33,771 nt of DNA from Mesotaenium endlicherianum (Eukaryota), in the NCBI GenBank assembly GCA_009602735.1, contig WELA01002702.1:52408-86178 (forward strand), in the 5' to 3' direction. The position numbers were made by a program, and so were the translations under genes. The stretch's first letter is position 1. Each line of letters begins with the position of its first letter. Below are positions 29,831 to 33,771 of the stretch, in pieces. The notes under the pieces were generated by a model. It was not told the origin of the DNA and searched no databases. It saw only the letters and a list, made by a program, of their open reading frames with translations.

Positions 29831-32277
29831 GCTTTCCCCCTCTTGTGCTGCCAAGTAATCTGGATCCCTATGTTGCTTGCCTTGAAGACGTACAATTATC
29901 TACCTCTAAAATCTGTTAATGGTGATGTCCTTCAAATACTAGACGAAGGTCATAACACCTGGCAAAAAGGCACATGAAAACCCGTCGGAAGAGTAGTGAG
30001 ACAAAGCTCTCAAGGAAAATCTTCAGGAATAGTACAACAGACACACATGCACTTGTAGAATTGGAATGCACGAAGGAAATCGCGGAAAAGGGGAAGCCGA
30101 GCTTGCTATACGCTGTCTACTTACATTAGTATGGTAGCTCCCTATACCAACATATGAAGCAAGGTGAAGGATCCAAAGCCAGGAAATTCGCACAGAAGCA
30201 ACAGACATACAAGATTCACAGCCAGAACTTCCAAACGTAAGAGGTGTAAATACTGATGAAGGATCACAAAGGCTAGCCTCATTCAGCGACAAAGAACGAT
30301 CATATAGTAGTAGCTAAAGCACAGATCAACATCAAGGTAGAAGTTTATTTGACGAAAGATCGAAGAGGAAAGCCTTCTAATAAACTGGCAAAGAGGGACA
30401 GACTAGTGGAAAAAGAGAGATTGTAACCTCGTAGCCGGCGATGGAAGACGATCGAGAGAGGAAGAGTGCTCTCTGATGCCCAGGTTTTCAGTCCCAGATG
30501 CAAGTCAGCTAGTGCTCTTATGAAACAACCTAACCGTACTATGTACGCGTCTGCCCTAAATGATCTCGCCAGCGATCAGGAATGCAGAAAAACTTAAGCA
30601 GATCAGTCTGACAGCTAAAGTGACTCCACTTGCGACGACAAAGAGGGAGCTTGACAGGGCTTGACAAGAGCTCGACCTCTGAAACCTGCTCACCTACGAG
30701 GACAGTACTCCTCCTTCACGGGAACCTGAAGAACCGAACCGGCCCCGCTGTACCATCGTCTTTTTGAAGCACTTTACAGTCATATGCTGTCTGCATACCT
30801 TTTCTGCAGTTTTCTGCGGTCGACTTGAGCAGAGGTCGTCAAGAGGTTGAGCTTGCCTTGCTGTCAGCACGTCATCGAAAGGCGGTGCTGAAAGTGCACA
30901 AACTTGCGGCGGCTTTTTGAATGCCTCACCGTACCTCAGCCGGAGTAGGCAAGCGTGATGAGTGGAAAGCAGATACGCCGGACCTGCCACTATCTAGGCC
31001 ACGATCTAGATTCACTCAGCGTCAGGCCTATGGATTTGAACTTGAAGGCGATATATCCAGAAGTTAACAGGGACACGAGTGGGCACTCGGTAGCCAAAAC
31101 TCGGGAATAGGGACTTCAAGAATCTGTATTGGGCTTTAATTGCTCCAGATGAACAGCACAGAGCATCAAATACTTCCTTGAAAGTCGACAACTGCATAGA
31201 ACCGGTGCGTATTGTACATAGTTGCATGTCGTTTTCTTGTCGCTTCGCGCAAAGAGTGAATCTTTTGGATTGCGTTACCTCCTGCGTTCCTCCTGCACTT
31301 GTAAGAGGATCTTCCCATGCCTCTGCTAAGTTTCTGAAGGCTCAAAAATGTGATGAGAGGATGTTAAGACCAAAGGAGGGTCTCTTTCTGACTAGATACA
31401 CGTCACCATGTGTGCCGAGATACCTGGGATATTTTCAGCAACGTGAGTCCCCCTCTTGTCTGTTTTCGAGTCTCGGCCCAGTCCACGCAAGTCCACAAAT
31501 ACCCTCAGCGCAGCACAGCGTGCTCTAGAGTCTAGAGTGCTCTAGACCATGCTCTAGACAACTCTCGAGGGTTACGAATCCAGATCCCAAATTCTATGTC
31601 GAGCTTAGATTTGAGCAGATCTTCGGGAGTAAATTAAACCTCAGTATTTATCTGAACAAATATACTCCTGCACAGGATGGAGTTGTAGCAGACACCAGTG
31701 ATGAAGCTTCAAACTGCTTCACTATCTCATTTGGACGACAGCTTGCTCAATATGATGATAAGCAGAGCAGGCATACTTATTATGTGTGTAAGTGTTAATT
31801 AGATGGCTTTATACTCTTGCCAAAACTACAACAAAATGACACTATAATGTGGCCAACATTAACCCGCCATGAAAAGGAATGCAAAAGCATGACAATCATG
31901 GTCGCAACCTCCATCAAATCGATTTTATGTTCTGTTTTGTGTCAATGAAATGGTGACCAACTCCTTGACACCCATCATTTAAGTTTCAGGAAATATTAGC
32001 TTGCTCATGACATACTAAATGACACTTCCTTATTGGCGAAGGCATCTAAGTACAGGAACTAACTCCTGCAAGAAAAGCGGTCATAAGATTCACAAGCACA
32101 CCTACTGACATAGAAAGAATGCGGATACTGGTCAAACTAGTGACTTCTTCCGAAAAGAGCGAATAAGATACTAAACATTTTTTGATTTCAGAATGCGAAC
32201 TTGAACTTCCCCTGCAACATGGTTGCAAAATGCCTTTTTTTTGTGTGCGCACTTGTCATCACAAAAGCATCACTGCT

Positions 32278-32355
32278 TCACTTCCCACTCTTCTTCAAAC
32301 CGGCGCCGCCAAGTGGGCCCTTCCCAGAGGCCTTGGCTTTGAGCTCCTTCAATGC
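32278..32355 (-). CDS. TMA7: Translation machinery-associated protein 7, last exon: ALKELKAKASGKGPLGGAGLKKSGK*
   Basis: gtgcag| acceptor, TGA at 32280-32278; matches the conserved TMA7 C-terminus (ALKELxAKAxxKGxxGGxGLKKSGK). Confidence 0.92.
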   Translation of the reverse strand, partial: ALKELKAKASGKGPLGGAGLKKSGK

Positions 32356-32879
32356 CTGCACAAGATGTACGTGCGCAGAAAAGTTAGACCAAAATATGGA
32401 TCTAGAATCCACCACTCTATATTTAAAGAAGGGTCTACAAGATTGACTTGACAAAGTCTTGGAAAACCCATCACAAGAGCAAGGGGGCACTTCATCCCGG
32501 GAAGCTCTCCATCATAGACAATTTGTTTTCCGGTCGGGCCCTAGGGTACCCACCGGCTCCCCTTACCTCTGAACTGGCAAGCACATTGGGGATCAAAGAC
32601 TCTTCGAATACACTTCTTTCACACTTCCGAAACTGGGTCTCATCATTCGGCACCCCCTTCCTTCCTAAAAGCATTATATCCCTGGACCTGTCATTCTCCA
32701 ATTAGCTGCAGGTCCTAGATGATAATTGCGGCATACACCCACCCAGGCAATCATGCATTCACCTGCACTATGTTGACCTCCACCGAGAACAATTATCGGG
32801 TTTCAATAGCATACATAGAAACATGTTGCGCACAATACATCATCGCAAACAGCCCCATCCATGGCAAACAAGTGTCGCA

Positions 32880-33100
32880 CTTGACTAAGCTTGACCTTGA
32901 GAGCCCATAGACCGTTGACCAAGCTCGTCGACCATTGACCAAGCTTATCGACCATTGACCACCACATTCAGTAAGAATGGAAGAGCGAGAGCGAAGAAGA
33001 CAGGAATCGACACAGACAGCGCTACCTACGACTCATGCACATGTGTGTACACATTGACACAGACAGCACTACCTATGACTCAGGCACATACGTGTACCCA
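32880..33100. repeat. Short tandem duplications in the TMA7 intron: ~20-bp unit GACCATTGACCAAGCT.. (~3 copies, 32910-32960) and a 47-bp unit (33009/33056)
   Basis: Read directly. Confidence 0.8.
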
Positions 33101-33548
33101 GATGCATTTCAGGGCTTGTACGAGCATCGACACCCAAAACATGCCAAAATATATCTACATAGATACACATGCGTTGAAAATTACCAAACCCAATGGAGCA
33201 GGTATATGCACCATAGCCAAAGGAGTCAAACTGTACTGTACTCTGAGAACATGTCTTTCAGCATATTCTCGCAGCAAACTTTCGCAGCATGTGAGCAATC
33301 TCAACAGCGCAAGACGCAGAAGACGCGCGGTGAGAGCACACGAGAGCGTCACAGGCGACGGCACGAGCTTGCAGATAACGAGGAGAAGAAAATGAAGGAG
33401 AACAGAAAGGGGTAGGTAGCAAAGGCGTGTGGAGAGCATCCTATCAGGGAGCGTCACAGGCGAGGCAAGCGTGTGCGCAGCTGACAATTGAGGAGAGCAG
33501 AAGGAAGGAGAGCAAAAAGAGGAACCGAAGGAAGGGGAAGAGCGATAC

Positions 33549-33590
33549 CTTCTCTTCCTCCTTTTTCTTCTGCAGGAACGCCAGGTCAGC
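33549..33590 (-). CDS. TMA7: TMA7 internal exon: ADLAFLQKKKEEEK (first exon lies beyond the window end)
   Basis: gcgcag| acceptor, AAG|gtatcg donor, phase 0/0; joins in frame to 32355. Confidence 0.9.
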
Positions 33591-33771
33591 CTGCGCCCGC
33601 AGATGGATACACGCCGTCAGAAATGCCAGGCCAGCAGATACCCAAGGAGAAAATAAAGAGATCAGACATACCAGCAAACGCCCACGGAGAGAAAGAAAGA
33701 CAGGACTCCACATCAGCGACACGTCAGCAAACACACCAGTGTATGCGCTCCACGTTGCCCCCCCCACCCCC

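Noticed and set aside
32492..32701. Exon-like ORF with a gtaagg donor inside the TMA7 intron
   Set aside because: The TMA7 exons at 33549 and 32355 join directly into the conserved protein; this segment has no TMA7 similarity.

Overview
Eukaryotic, intron-rich genomic DNA. The proteins are land-plant-like, there are degenerate TTTAGGG motifs, and the introns are GC- and microsatellite-rich, so it is probably a streptophyte green alga (inference). It contains: (1) the last two coding exons of an unidentified + strand gene with a Q/P/G-rich tail (ends 1613); (2) a repeat-containing spacer (~1.7-5.3 kb); (3) a complete 17-exon SCY1-like pseudokinase (SCYL2-type) gene on + (5423-22794, 1109 aa by my phase-consistent splicing); (4) a convergent myo-inositol oxygenase (MIOX) gene on - (seven exons traced, 29830 down to 26540, with the final exons probably inside a 934-N gap); (5) the last two exons of TMA7 on - (33590-33549, 32355-32278). 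The most striking feature is a pervasive set of 'splice-junction echoes'. Many introns of SCYL2, and one of MIOX, carry degenerate tandem copies of their own neighbouring exon-intron boundary (splice site plus about 15-60 nt of exon). Several copies differ from the real exon only at synonymous positions, and some keep usable AG/GT sites. Almost all long ORFs in the ORF track are microsatellite, antisense or N-gap artefacts.
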